The notes under the pieces: generated by a model
Databases searched by the model: none
What the model was told of the DNA's origin: nothing
What the model saw: only the letters and a program-made list of their open reading frames with translations
Made by a program: the position numbers and the translations under genes
Source of the DNA: Actinomycetota bacterium
Lineage (GTDB): Bacteria; Actinomycetota; Thermoleophilia; Solirubrobacterales; 70-9
Reading direction: 5' to 3'
NCBI GenBank assembly: GCA_018268415.1
Contig: JAFDWO010000136.1
Location: 494-64,493, forward strand
Length of the DNA: 64,000 bases
In this document: positions 55,046 to 63,876 of the stretch, piece by piece
Layout of the letters: each line of letters begins with the position of its first letter
Numbering within the stretch: position 1 is the first letter of the stretch

Positions 55046-56815
55046 TTGAGCGAAACCGAGACCACCTCTAACAAGCCCGCGATCTTCGAGCGCCGGGTCA
55101 AAAAGAGCTCCCGCCAACTTGGCGACGCATACCGGAAGCCGTCCGGTCAAACGGATACCAATAAAAAGATGCAGCCGACCATCGCTGGGCTAATCGACGC
55201 GGTGCGCGAAGGGGACTTGGCTCTTCCCGAGTTTCAACGGGACTATCGGTGGCCAGCTCAGTACATTGAGGAACTTCTTCGCTCTGTGGCACGGGGGTGG
55301 CCGATCGGCACTCTTCTACTGCTCGATCAGTCTGCAAGCGCCAAAGGTCTGAAGCTCGAGGCGCGCTCGATCGAAAAGGCGCCGAACTGCAAGAAGCGTC
55401 CGGAAAACCTGATCCTCGACGGCCAGCAGCGGGTGACCGCGCTCTATCACGCGATGAATGGCCTCGGCGACTCCGTCTACTACCTCAACCTCGCCAATGT
55501 CCTGAATGCCGGGGAATTCCTAGACGACGCACTTGGCTCGGCGACCGGCAAGCAGCTTACGCGGACGCTGGGTTCGGAGGACGAACGTCGCAGAAACAAG
55601 ATCATCCTCCTGAAGGAGCTCTACTCGACGGAGCTCTTTGCGCACTGGCTGGGATTCATTCCGAAAAAAGAACGCAACGCGTATGCGGCGCTGCGCGACG
55701 AGCACTTGTCCCTCTTCCGAGAGCACACGGTTGCGATTGAGCGCCTGCCCAACAGTCTGCCCGTAGAGGCGATCGCAAAGATTTTCGAGAGGACCAACAG
55801 AGGCTTTCTCCGCCTCGACGCTTTTGACCTCATGGTCGCGATCATGTATCCCCACGGCTTCAAACTTAGGGACAAATGGAGCGGGGCCGTAACTGCGAAC
55901 CCGATCCTCAAACGCTTCGAGGTCGCGCCTATCGAGATTCTTCGGCTGATCGCGCTTCGTGAGCATCTCCGACAGAAAGAGCGTCGAGTATCGCCGCAAA
56001 CTGTCAAAGGAGTACGACAGAGTGACGTATTAGAAGTCAAACCCGCCACCGTAAAAAAGGAGTGGACCTCGGCCGTTGCGGCGTATGTGCGAGCCCTCAC
56101 GTTGGCTGAGTCACACTGGGGTGTGATCCGGAAGAGGATCGTCCCCGCCGAGGCTCAGTTGCTGCCGTTAGCTGACGCGCTGTACGGCGGCAACGTCCGC
56201 AACGGATCTTCGAAGCACAAAAAGCTCGGCCGGTGGTTCTGGGCCGCAATCTTCTCCAGGCAATATGCGCGCGCGGCGAATACGCGTGCGGTTTCGGACG
56301 CAGAGGCCCTGAGGGCGTGGCTCAAACCGAGCGGACCCGAACCTCGCTACGTCGAGAATTTCAAGGTGTCAACCGAGGACTTTGTCCTCGTCGAGGAGGG
56401 AAACGAGATCCTGGTCAAGGGGCTCTGCTGCTTGCTGGTCAGCGATGGTGCTCGTAGCTGGACCAAGGCAGCGGGTGGAGGGCTGCCGTCGCTCCTAACC
56501 GAAACTGAAGCCGAGTTGGCGGTCCACCACATCTTCCCGAAGAAATTCATGGCACGCAAATCCAAAGGCACCCTGCGTCTGTTGCCTGATGTCGATGCGC
56601 CTGCAAATCAGGTCCTCATCACCGCAAGTCTGAACGGGAAACTGCTGAACGAGGCTCCGGAGTACTCCGCCAAAAATCCCGAGGTCGACATAGGCGGTCT
56701 CAAAAGCCATCGTGTCGACCCAGCCCGGATGAAGGGAAGTCAGTACAAGGCATTCGTGAACGCCCGGGCCGCAGAACTTGTCCCTCTCGTGGACCGGGCC
56801 GTCAAGGGTTATTAA
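55046..56815 (+). CDS. DUF262-domain protein with a C-terminal His-Me-finger (DUF1524-like) nuclease motif, GmrSD-like
   Basis: 589 aa from TTG 55046; a more conventional start is ATG 55169. LPEFQRDYRW and LILDGQQRVTAL (DGQQR) motifs. C-terminal HHIFPKKF ... NQVLITASLNGKLLN. Confidence 0.8.
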   Translation: MSETETTSNKPAIFERRVKKSSRQLGDAYRKPSGQTDTNKKMQPTIAGLIDAVREGDLALPEFQRDYRWPAQYIEELLRSVARGWPIGTLLLLDQSASAKGLKLEARSIEKAPNCKKRPENLILDGQQRVTALYHAMNGLGDSVYYLNLANVLNAGEFLDDALGSATGKQLTRTLGSEDERRRNKIILLKELYSTELFAHWLGFIPKKERNAYAALRDEHLSLFREHTVAIERLPNSLPVEAIAKIFERTNRGFLRLDAFDLMVAIMYPHGFKLRDKWSGAVTANPILKRFEVAPIEILRLIALREHLRQKERRVSPQTVKGVRQSDVLEVKPATVKKEWTSAVAAYVRALTLAESHWGVIRKRIVPAEAQLLPLADALYGGNVRNGSSKHKKLGRWFWAAIFSRQYARAANTRAVSDAEALRAWLKPSGPEPRYVENFKVSTEDFVLVEEGNEILVKGLCCLLVSDGARSWTKAAGGGLPSLLTETEAELAVHHIFPKKFMARKSKGTLRLLPDVDAPANQVLITASLNGKLLNEAPEYSAKNPEVDIGGLKSHRVDPARMKGSQYKAFVNARAAELVPLVDRAVKGY

Positions 56816-57070
56816 CCCACTCGCGGACTGCGTGCCAGGGCCGACGGCTCATACGGTCGAATCCGGCGGCCTCAAGATCACTCGCCTCCGGCCAGGCGCT
56901 TGGAAGGCGCCCGGGACCTCGCTCAAGGAACGACTCGCCTCAACTCCGACCTGAACGCAATCGGCACGCTCGTCGACCTTGGCATCCTCGCGCCCGCCGG
57001 ACGAACGCGACCCTCCAGCAATGCCTGCGTTTACATGGCGCCCGAGGTTGTTGAGATTGCCTCGTCCTAG

Positions 57071-57170
57071 TGGTCTCATTTCGGTCACATCGGCGCCGTG
57101 ACCTCGCTTGCCATGCGGGCCACCTTCGTCCTTTCAAGCCGAAAATCGCCAGTTCGAATCTGTAGGGCAT
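57071..57170. repeat. degenerate copy of the tRNA-like gene 3' portion (att-like direct repeat) preceded by the 53241-type segment
   Basis: 57131..57162 CTTTCAAGCCGAAAATCGCCAGTTCGAATCTG versus tRNA 51204..51235 CTTTCAAGCCGAAGGTCGCCAGTTCGAATCTG. The T-stem and acceptor 3' strands are broken (CTGTAGGGCAT). Confidence 0.8.
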
Positions 57171-57329
57171 CCTCCTTGTTCCGCTCGCCGTTCGCGACCC
57201 TCGGCGCCCGCCGGGAGGCCTATCCGCGCCCACTGTCCCAACAGATTCCGGCGGGCGACGGTGGGGAGCAGGCCGAGTGCGGCCAATTGTTCACCGAGGC
57301 CGGCAGGAGCCGGCCTTCTCCTCTTCACC

Positions 57330-57366
57330 CGATGTCTGTCATCTCGAAGCGAGATGACAGACATCG
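57330..57366. repeat. perfect inverted repeat CGATGTCTGTCATCTCG-aag-CGAGATGACAGACATCG
   Basis: 17-bp arms with a 3-nt loop. About 50 nt downstream of the minus-strand small ORF, so it may act as a terminator or a protein-binding site. Confidence 0.8.
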
Positions 57367-57417
57367 CGAGGACAACCGCAAAACAGTCCGCACGGGGCCG
57401 GCTCGATGCTCGGCGGC

Positions 57418-57609
57418 TCAGGGCTCGGTTCGCGACCGGTGACGCCGTCGCCTGATGTAGAGGACCAGACCGGCGATGAGCGCCGCTCCCCAGAGGACGG
57501 AAGCCCAGATCCCGACCCGTTGGGCGATGAACCCCGCGATGCCGGTCGCCAAGAGGAAGGCGATATAGGCAGCAAGGAGGAGGAGGGCTCGACCGGCCAG
57601 CCTGCGCAC
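57418..57609 (-). CDS. possible small two-helix membrane protein
   Basis: 63 aa with two hydrophobic stretches and an Arg-rich tail. No homology was recognised, so coding status is uncertain. Confidence 0.3.
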   Translation of the reverse strand: MRRLAGRALLLLAAYIAFLLATGIAGFIAQRVGIWASVLWGAALIAGLVLYIRRRRHRSRTEP

Positions 57610-57822
57610 GGGGGAAAGTCTATTTGGCGACCGGCGCTGTTCTAAACCATGTGATGGGAAGTTTTGGATCCAAGATCAGGACAAATAGATCCGAAATTAG
57701 GATTTTGAATGCACCTGATCTATGGTTGGCGCCAGGGTTAGACGGACTGGTGACCGCCAGGAGCTTGGGTAGCTCCTCTGGTTCGCCGGACCTACGCGGC
57801 TACGAGAAGAGGAGAGTTGGTC

Positions 57823-59445
57823 ATGGATCGCTACCGGGCAGCGTCGTATGGAAAATCCCTTGCCGTCCTTGTGGCGGTGTTGGCCGTCATTGCTCTTCCC
57901 GTCGGTAGCGCGTCGGCCGCCACCACCACCACGATGACTCTCGACGAAGCGCATGAAGCTCTGGCTTCGGGCCGCGTGACCTCGGTCCAACTGACCCGCG
58001 CGTTTCTGGCGCGCATCGACAAGTACGAGCCCTTCTACAACGCGTTCACGGCGATGAACCGGAAGGCACTCGCCGAAGCTCGGGCGTCCGATGCGCGGCG
58101 TGCGATGGGCCAGGCGCGGAGCTACGTGGACGGTGTGCCGATCGTGATCAAGGACTCCATCGACGTTGCCGGGCTACCCACCACGGGCGGCTGGCTCTCC
58201 GCCCAGGCGGGGGGTATCAACCTGGTCCCCGACCACGACGCGCCTGCGGTCGCCCGTCTGCACCGCGGCGGGGCGATCATCCTCGGGAAGACCAACCTGC
58301 CCGCCTTCTCGTTCGCCTACAACGCGAACGACAGCTGGGCGGGGCCGACCTTCAACGTCCTGAATCGGCACTGGCTCCCCGGCGGGTCCTCGACCGGCAC
58401 CGCGACCGCGGTCGCGGCCGATTTCGCCACGGCGGGGCTCGGTGAGGAAACCGCCGGCTCGATCCAGGTGCCCGCCGGAGCGCAGAGCCTGGTGGGCATC
58501 AAGCCCACCTTCGGCCTCGTGCCCAACACCGGTGCCCAGCCGCTTGGTGGACCGACGCGTGACGTGCTGGGGCCGATCACGAAGACGGTCTCTGATGCGG
58601 CCGAGATCTTGAACGTGATCTCCGGTTACACGCTGAAGGATCCGAAGACGGTTGCCTCGGTCGGGAACATTCCGGCGGGCGGTTACAAAAGCGACCTCTC
58701 CACGACTGCGCTCGCGGGGACGAGAATCGGCCTCTACGGCCCGGGCTGGAAAAAGCACGGTCGCCTCAATCCCGCCACGACGGCCCTCTACGACAAGGCG
58801 ATCAAGGTCTTGGAAGGACAAGGGGCCACGCCGGTCGCCGATCCATTTGCGGGCAGCGGTTTCGCGTCCCTGGCGACGGCAGGTCTCATCGGTCTGAAGT
58901 CGATGCCGTACGACTTCAACAACTACCTCAAGAACCTTGGTCCGGGCGCCCGGGTCCACTCGCTGAAGGAACTCGACAAGGCTCTCGGTGTCAACATCTT
59001 CGACCCCGGGGGGCCTGCCCACCTGTTCGAGGAACTGTACCCCGAAATGATCCCTTCGGTGAAGCATCCGGCCGTCCCACCGGACATCTCCAGCTTCGTC
59101 AATGCGCGTGAAAAGTACCTACGCATCTTCGATCGGGTCATGGACAAAAATCACCTCGACGCCCTGATGTTTCCGCAAACCACCCAGGCGCTGGGAAAGC
59201 TGTGGGGAGAATCGATCGATCTGACGACGGTCTCCGCGGTGAACGTCGCCGGGCTACCGTTGGTGGTCATCCCGGCCGGGCGCTATCCGAGCGGAAAGCC
59301 GTTTGCCCTCGTCTTCGTCGGCAGGCTCTGGAGCGAGGCCCAACTGATCGGTTATGCCTACGACTACGAACAGGCGGCCCCAGGCCGCATCGTCCGCAAG
59401 CACCTCGCGACCACCCCGGGTCCGAGGCACCCCAAGAAGAAGTAG
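57823..59445 (+). CDS. secreted amidase (amidase-signature family)
   Basis: ATG 57823 follows a GAGGAGAG RBS. Signal peptide ...[20 protein letters not shown] and [12 protein letters not shown] (GGSS) signature. Confidence 0.85.
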   Translation: MDRYRAASYGKSLAVLVAVLAVIALPVGSASAATTTTMTLDEAHEALASGRVTSVQLTRAFLARIDKYEPFYNAFTAMNRKALAEARASDARRAMGQARSYVDGVPIVIKDSIDVAGLPTTGGWLSAQAGGINLVPDHDAPAVARLHRGGAIILGKTNLPAFSFAYNANDSWAGPTFNVLNRHWLPGGSSTGTATAVAADFATAGLGEETAGSIQVPAGAQSLVGIKPTFGLVPNTGAQPLGGPTRDVLGPITKTVSDAAEILNVISGYTLKDPKTVASVGNIPAGGYKSDLSTTALAGTRIGLYGPGWKKHGRLNPATTALYDKAIKVLEGQGATPVADPFAGSGFASLATAGLIGLKSMPYDFNNYLKNLGPGARVHSLKELDKALGVNIFDPGGPAHLFEELYPEMIPSVKHPAVPPDISSFVNAREKYLRIFDRVMDKNHLDALMFPQTTQALGKLWGESIDLTTVSAVNVAGLPLVVIPAGRYPSGKPFALVFVGRLWSEAQLIGYAYDYEQAAPGRIVRKHLATTPGPRHPKKK

Positions 59446-59481
59446 CGGTCAGGCTACCCACCATCGGCGGGATCCTGAATA

Positions 59482-59506
59482 ATCGGCCCCTGTGGAGGGG
59501 GCCGAT
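59482..59506 (+). terminator. hairpin ATCGGCCCC-tgtggag-GGGGCCGAT after the amidase gene
   Basis: 9-bp stem, 37 nt after the stop. Confidence 0.5.
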
Positions 59507-60455
59507 CCGAGTCGAGCATGGTCGTTCTTGGTCGTCAACGAGGGCGACCGCCAGCACCAGGGAAATCAGGGTTACGACGATGAGCCCAGCCGGTACTACA
59601 GCTGGGACTCGACCGTGCCCAACCGAGACGGACCGCAGGAGGGAGATCTTTGCGCGGTTCGGGACTCGCGAGGCCTGCTGGGTATCTCGCAGATAGACGA
59701 GATTACGCGTAGCGAGGGGGAAGAAAAGACCCGATTGCGTTGTCGGGAGTGCGAAAGCACTGCACTCAAGAGTCGGGCGACGGTGCGGCCGACCTATAGG
59801 TGCAGTAGTTGCAAAGCCGCGTTCGACGAGCCGATCGAACAGCCGATCGAGGTGACCGTCTACCGGGCGGACTACGGACGGAGCTGGGTCTCGGTAGGGG
59901 GAGCGGTGACGGCCGGGGAGCTGGAGGCCGATTGTTATCTATCGGGGGCGAAACAGCACGCAATCCGCCCTGTGGACCCGCAGGCGCTCAGGCAACTGGC
60001 CGCTACCCGGCAGATCCTGATTGCCGGCGAGTGGTGGAGGACCGGCGGTGCCGTCGAAGCCTTGGAGATCCCGGGCGGCCATCGTCGACTCACGGCCCTT
60101 GCGCGAGTCGGGCAGGGAGAGTTCCGTCGGCGCCTGCTCGAGCGGTTCGGTCCCGTTTGCGCGTTCACCGGGCCCCAGCCGGGAAAAGAGCCTGCATGCG
60201 GCCCACGTGATCGATTACGCAAGAGATCCACGACACGAACTCGCCGGGGGGCTTCTGCTCAGGGCAGATCTTCACGCACTGTTTGATGCCCGGCTGATAG
60301 CCGTTGATCGAGACTTGAAGATCCGGGTCGATCCGTCCCTGCGATCCTTTCGTGAACTTTCTCGGCTTGATGGTTCGCCATTACGGATCAACTCTGCCGA
60401 CCCTCTGCTGTCGACGCTTCGGGCGCTGCTCGAGAAGCGGGACAACGGGGCCTGA
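59492..60455 (+). pseudogene. frameshifted HNH (HNH_2-type) endonuclease with an N-terminal reader-like domain and a zinc ribbon
   Basis: ORF 59492..60286 ends in out-of-frame sequence after ...FRRRLLERFGPVCAFTGPQP. The +1 frame (ORF 60021..60455) continues with SLHAAHVIDYA...GLLLRADLHALFD, the HNH_2 core. The shift must lie in 60170..60192 (runs CCCC, GGG, AAAA). CRECES...CSSCK zinc ribbon. Confidence 0.7.
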
Positions 60456-60633
60456 GTCGTTCCACGCCCTAAGAAGCTGTCTCAAAACCCCCGCGCACGC
60501 CTGGACGGCGCCGGACACACTTCGCGGGGCGGCGTCCTCAGTCGGCCAAATGGCCTGCCATTCGACCTCCTTGCGTCCTACCCCCGCTCGGTCCGGCACT
60601 CGCCGGTCGCACACGCGGGTTTTGGGACAGCTC

Positions 60634-61707
60634 CTAAGGCCGCGCCTCCAAGATCAGATTGAACGGGGTCTCCGTTGCTCGGTGGACGTCGGTGAAGCCG
60701 CCGCTTTTGATCACTTCGGCGAGGCGTTTTTCGCCGGCTTGGGCGCCTAGGGCGAGGCCTACCTCCTGGTCGAGGGAGGCGGGGGTGCAGATCATGGTGG
60801 AGGCGCCGTAGAAGACGCGGCCGACGGGGTTGAGGTTGTCCTCGACGTGGTCGCCGGCGAAGGGCTCGACGATGAGCCAGGTGCCGTCGGGGGCGAGGGT
60901 GTCGTGGATGTGGGTCGAGGCGCCGACCGGGTCGCCCATGTCGTGGAGGCAGTCGAAGACGGCGACGAGATCGTAGTTGTGGCCGGGATAGTCCTTGGCG
61001 GTGGCGACCGCGAAGTGGGCATTGTCGACGCCGGCTTTGGCGGCGAGCTCGCGGGCGCGGTCGATCGAGGCCTGGTGATAGTCGAAGCCGTGGAACTCCG
61101 AGTCGGGGAAGGCTTCGGCCATGAGGATGGTGGAGACGCCGTGGCCGCAGCCGATGTCGGCGACCTTCGCGCCTTCTTTGAGCTTGGTCTCGACACCATC
61201 GAGGGCCGGGATCCACTCGGCGACGAGGTGGCCTTTGTAGCCGGGGCGGAAGAAGCGCTCGGTGCCCTCGAAGAGGCGGTGGTCATGCTCGTGCCAGCCC
61301 ATGCCGCCGCCGGATTTGAAGGCGGTCGCGATCTTGTCCTCGTCGGCGTAGAGGGAGGCGATCAGCTCGTAGGCGCCGAGGAGGTAGAACGGGCTCTCCT
61401 CGTCGGCGAGCGCCATTGCCTGCTCGGGGGGCAGTTCGTAGGTTTCGCCCGCCGCGTCGTAGGTGACGTAACCGCCGGCCGCCTGGTTGCGAAGCCACTC
61501 GCGCACCGAGCGCTCGGCGACGCCGGTGCGCTCCGCCAGCTCCGCCGAGCTCAGCGGCCCGGCCCCCGCCATCGCCTTGTAGAGGCCCATGCGCTCGCCG
61601 ATCACGAAGAGGGGCGCGCTGATCACCGCCCCCATGTCGGTTACCGCCTGGCCCATGAACGCTTCGAGCTTCTCGGGATCGATCTCAGTCGCGGCCATCG
61701 TCATCAT
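60634..61707 (-). CDS. class I SAM-dependent methyltransferase with an N-terminal winged-helix domain (Rv2258c-like)
   Basis: 357 aa. VADIGCGHG motif I and DLVAVFDCLHDM motifs. Confidence 0.8.
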   Translation of the reverse strand: MMTMAATEIDPEKLEAFMGQAVTDMGAVISAPLFVIGERMGLYKAMAGAGPLSSAELAERTGVAERSVREWLRNQAAGGYVTYDAAGETYELPPEQAMALADEESPFYLLGAYELIASLYADEDKIATAFKSGGGMGWHEHDHRLFEGTERFFRPGYKGHLVAEWIPALDGVETKLKEGAKVADIGCGHGVSTILMAEAFPDSEFHGFDYHQASIDRARELAAKAGVDNAHFAVATAKDYPGHNYDLVAVFDCLHDMGDPVGASTHIHDTLAPDGTWLIVEPFAGDHVEDNLNPVGRVFYGASTMICTPASLDQEVGLALGAQAGEKRLAEVIKSGGFTDVHRATETPFNLILEARP

Positions 61708-61846
61708 CTCCAGGAGATCTATGAAGTTTTTAGTTGCGATCCCTGCTCAACCCGAGTAGAACCCACGCGCCGAGCCGCTGTCAAGGTGTCGGGCGGTCTC
61801 TCTAACCAGATTCATCCCGACGCAGGCACGAAGTGATTGTGCCCTC

Positions 61847-62995
61847 TCATTCCACCTCGAAGCGACCGTGTGAGGTGAGGGGCGTCCGTTGCGCCACCTC
61901 GGGGAGGTACTCGTCGAGGAAGACGCGGGCGACGAGCTCCTGGCGGGTCGAGACGCCGAGCTTCTCGAAGAGGCTCTTGACGTGGTCGCCGACGGTGTGG
62001 GGGGAGAGGACGAGGGTCTCGGCGATCTCCGGGTTGGCGAGGCCGCGGGCGATCAGGGTCGCCACCTCGCGCTCGCGCGGGGTCGCGCCGTGGGCCTCGA
62101 GGCGGACGGTAGCGGCCCGCGGTCCGGCGGCCGCTTCGATCACGATCGCGACCCGGTCGCCGGTGGGGTCGGGCTTCGAGGCGTGCAGCGTCACCCAGCC
62201 ATCACGGCCGGGAACGGTGACGACGTCGCCTTCCTCCGCCGTCGTGCCGCCGGCGCGGACGTGCGAGTCGAGCGCGACCACCGCCGCGGGGAGCTCGCCC
62301 CGGTCGAGGTCGAGCACCTCGTTGGCGAGCGACTCGAGCAGCGGGCGCGCCGGCGGCGTGATCAGCTCCACCTCACCCGCCGCGTCGAGCACGACGAGCC
62401 CTGGCGCTTCGGCGCCGGAGGCGCGGCGGGCGGCGTCGAAGCGCAGCGAGCCGCGGATCCCCGCGGTGATCGCCGGGACGACCTGCGCGAGGACGTCGGC
62501 GTCGCGCGCGGTGAAGGCGCCGCTCTCCGCCCGCCGCGCGATGTGGACGGCGCCCCAGACCCGGCCGCGCGCGACGAACGCGGCGCGCAGCTCGTGCGGG
62601 ATGCCCGACGGCTCGAGCAGGTCCCGATAGCGAGCGCTGCGCTCCGGCCTGCCACGCGTCGCCTGGGCGAGGATGCCGACCGGCACGCGGCGGGCGGCGA
62701 GCTCGGCGAAGCTGTTGCGGTCCTCGGCCAGGTACTCGCTGCGGACGATCAGCTCTCCGGCGGCGGTCACGTCGTCGGCGCCGTAGATGCCGCGGTCGAT
62801 CATCTCGCGCGGTTCGTCGCTGGTCAGCAGGCGCGTCTGCGGGTCGAGCGTGTGCCAGCAGCTCGCGTCGTTGTCGATCGCGCGGCGCAGCCGCGGCGAT
62901 AGCTCGGCGAAGTACTCCTCGCGCGGGAGGCCCCGGGTCCCGAGGACCTCGATCTCGCTCTTCAGCCGGTCGACCGACCACTCCGGCTCGCGCAT
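61847..62995 (-). CDS. LuxR-family transcriptional regulator with an N-terminal GAF-like sensor region
   Basis: Met at 62995 (MREPEWSVDRL) within ORF 61847..63304. C-terminal HTH REREVATLIARGLANPEIAETLVLSPHTVGDHVKSLFEKLGV. Confidence 0.75.
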   Translation of the reverse strand: MREPEWSVDRLKSEIEVLGTRGLPREEYFAELSPRLRRAIDNDASCWHTLDPQTRLLTSDEPREMIDRGIYGADDVTAAGELIVRSEYLAEDRNSFAELAARRVPVGILAQATRGRPERSARYRDLLEPSGIPHELRAAFVARGRVWGAVHIARRAESGAFTARDADVLAQVVPAITAGIRGSLRFDAARRASGAEAPGLVVLDAAGEVELITPPARPLLESLANEVLDLDRGELPAAVVALDSHVRAGGTTAEEGDVVTVPGRDGWVTLHASKPDPTGDRVAIVIEAAAGPRAATVRLEAHGATPREREVATLIARGLANPEIAETLVLSPHTVGDHVKSLFEKLGVSTRQELVARVFLDEYLPEVAQRTPLTSHGRFEVE

Positions 62996-63116
62996 GGCCC
63001 GATTATCGCCCCGATCCGCCCCGCATGCGCAAAAGATCCCCGCTGCCGCGGGATGGGAAGGCGGCGTCGGCGGCGCCAGGCTTGGCCGACCGTCAGCAAG
63101 TTCAAAGGAGAGAGCG

Positions 63117-63617
63117 ATGAACACGAGTACCGATACGGTCGCGCCGATCTTCGCCGGCCCCGGCGAGGGCGAGGCCCTGTGGTTCCTCGGCGGCCTCGTC
63201 ACGATCAAGGCCTCGAGTGAGTCAACCGCCGGATCCGTCGCCGTGATCGAGCACCTGGCCCGGCAGGGCAACGGCTCGCCGTTGCACGTCCATACCCGCG
63301 ACAACGAGTGGTTCTACGTGCTCGAGGGCGAGGTGACCCTCTGGGTCGGCGGCGAGACGATCGTCGCCCCGGCCGGGGGCTTCGTCTTCGGCCCGAAGGG
63401 CGTCCCGCACACCTACACCGTCAGCTCCGAGCAGGCCCGCTTCGTCGTCGTCGCCGAACCCGCCGGCTTCGACCGGTTCGTCCGTGCGGTCGGCGAGCCG
63501 GCGCCGCGGCTGGAGATCCCGCCGGCGGCGACCGAGCCCCCCGACATCGCCGCCCTCACCGCGATCGCCGCCGAGCACGGCATCGAGATCACCGGCCCTC
63601 CCGGGATCCCCGCCTGA
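63117..63617 (+). CDS. cupin-domain protein
   Basis: ATG 63117 follows an AAAGGAGAGAG RBS. GSPLHVHTRDNEWFYVLEG motif. 166 aa. Confidence 0.7.
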   Translation: MNTSTDTVAPIFAGPGEGEALWFLGGLVTIKASSESTAGSVAVIEHLARQGNGSPLHVHTRDNEWFYVLEGEVTLWVGGETIVAPAGGFVFGPKGVPHTYTVSSEQARFVVVAEPAGFDRFVRAVGEPAPRLEIPPAATEPPDIAALTAIAAEHGIEITGPPGIPA

Positions 63618-63635
63618 GGACGCCAGAACTGCCTG

Positions 63636-63674
63636 CTGGAGCCTTTTGGTGGTGATGGCACCAAAAGGCTCCAG
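63636..63674 (+). terminator. hairpin CTGGAGCCTTTTGGTG-gtgatgg-CACCAAAAGGCTCCAG
   Basis: Perfect 16-bp stem, 19 nt after the cupin stop. Same style as the other A/T4-containing long hairpins in this window. Confidence 0.6.
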
Positions 63675-63757
63675 CGGGCAGCGGGAGGTGGGGAAGGCGC
63701 GGGGGAGCGCGGGGAGCAACCAGGCAGGTTTCCCTTTGTGCTGTGCGCGGTTCGTTC

Positions 63758-63801
63758 GGTCACGCGGTGTTCACAAGTCGGTCACTGACTCGTCACAAAT
63801 C
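63758..63801 (+). promoter_or_regulatory. four 11-bp-phased direct repeats GGTCACgcggt GTTCACaagtc GGTCACtgact CGTCACaaatc (PHO-box-like, OmpR/PhoB-family type site)
   Basis: Hexamers start at 63758, 63769, 63780 and 63791, spaced exactly 11 bp. They lie about 75 bp upstream of the next ATG, and a TAGCTT -10-like box follows at about 63817. Confidence 0.5.
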
Positions 63802-63876
63802 CCGTAGGGCGCCGCTTTAGCTTGCCGCTCGTTCTCGTCTCGTCCCTGTCTTGTCCACTCTCAGTAGGGAGAACCG

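Larger units (their letters stand above)
51246..57170. mobile_element. integrase-less genomic island (probably composite) inserted at the 3' end of the tRNA-like gene
   Basis: 32 nt of the tRNA 3' half (51204..51235) recur at 57131..57162 with 2 mismatches. GC is visibly lower than in the flanks. Cargo is a TA module, an unknown protein, an AAA ATPase and a DUF262 nuclease. No recombinase ORF was found. Confidence 0.6.

Noticed and set aside
56816-57070. Plus-strand frame reading ...RDLAQGTTRLNSDLNAIGTLVDLGILAPAGRTRPSSNACVYMAPEVVEIASS, reminiscent of the C-terminal winged-helix of Fic/ATPase-type proteins
   Set aside because: Short fragment with no start codon or upstream domain, and the similarity is impressionistic. 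At most it is a gene remnant and is not reported as a feature.
57071-57175. A second functional tRNA gene
   Set aside because: Only the anticodon-loop-to-T-loop part is conserved. The T-stem 3' strand and acceptor 3' strand are broken (CTGTAGGGCAT), and no complementary 5' acceptor strand exists. I interpret it as an att-type remnant.
57640-57730. AT-richer patch with GATC-containing inverted repeat (AGATCAGG ... CCTGATCT) upstream of the amidase, as a regulatory element
   Set aside because: Short 8-bp arms 30 nt apart in low-GC island DNA could easily arise by chance, and there is no second copy. Noted only.
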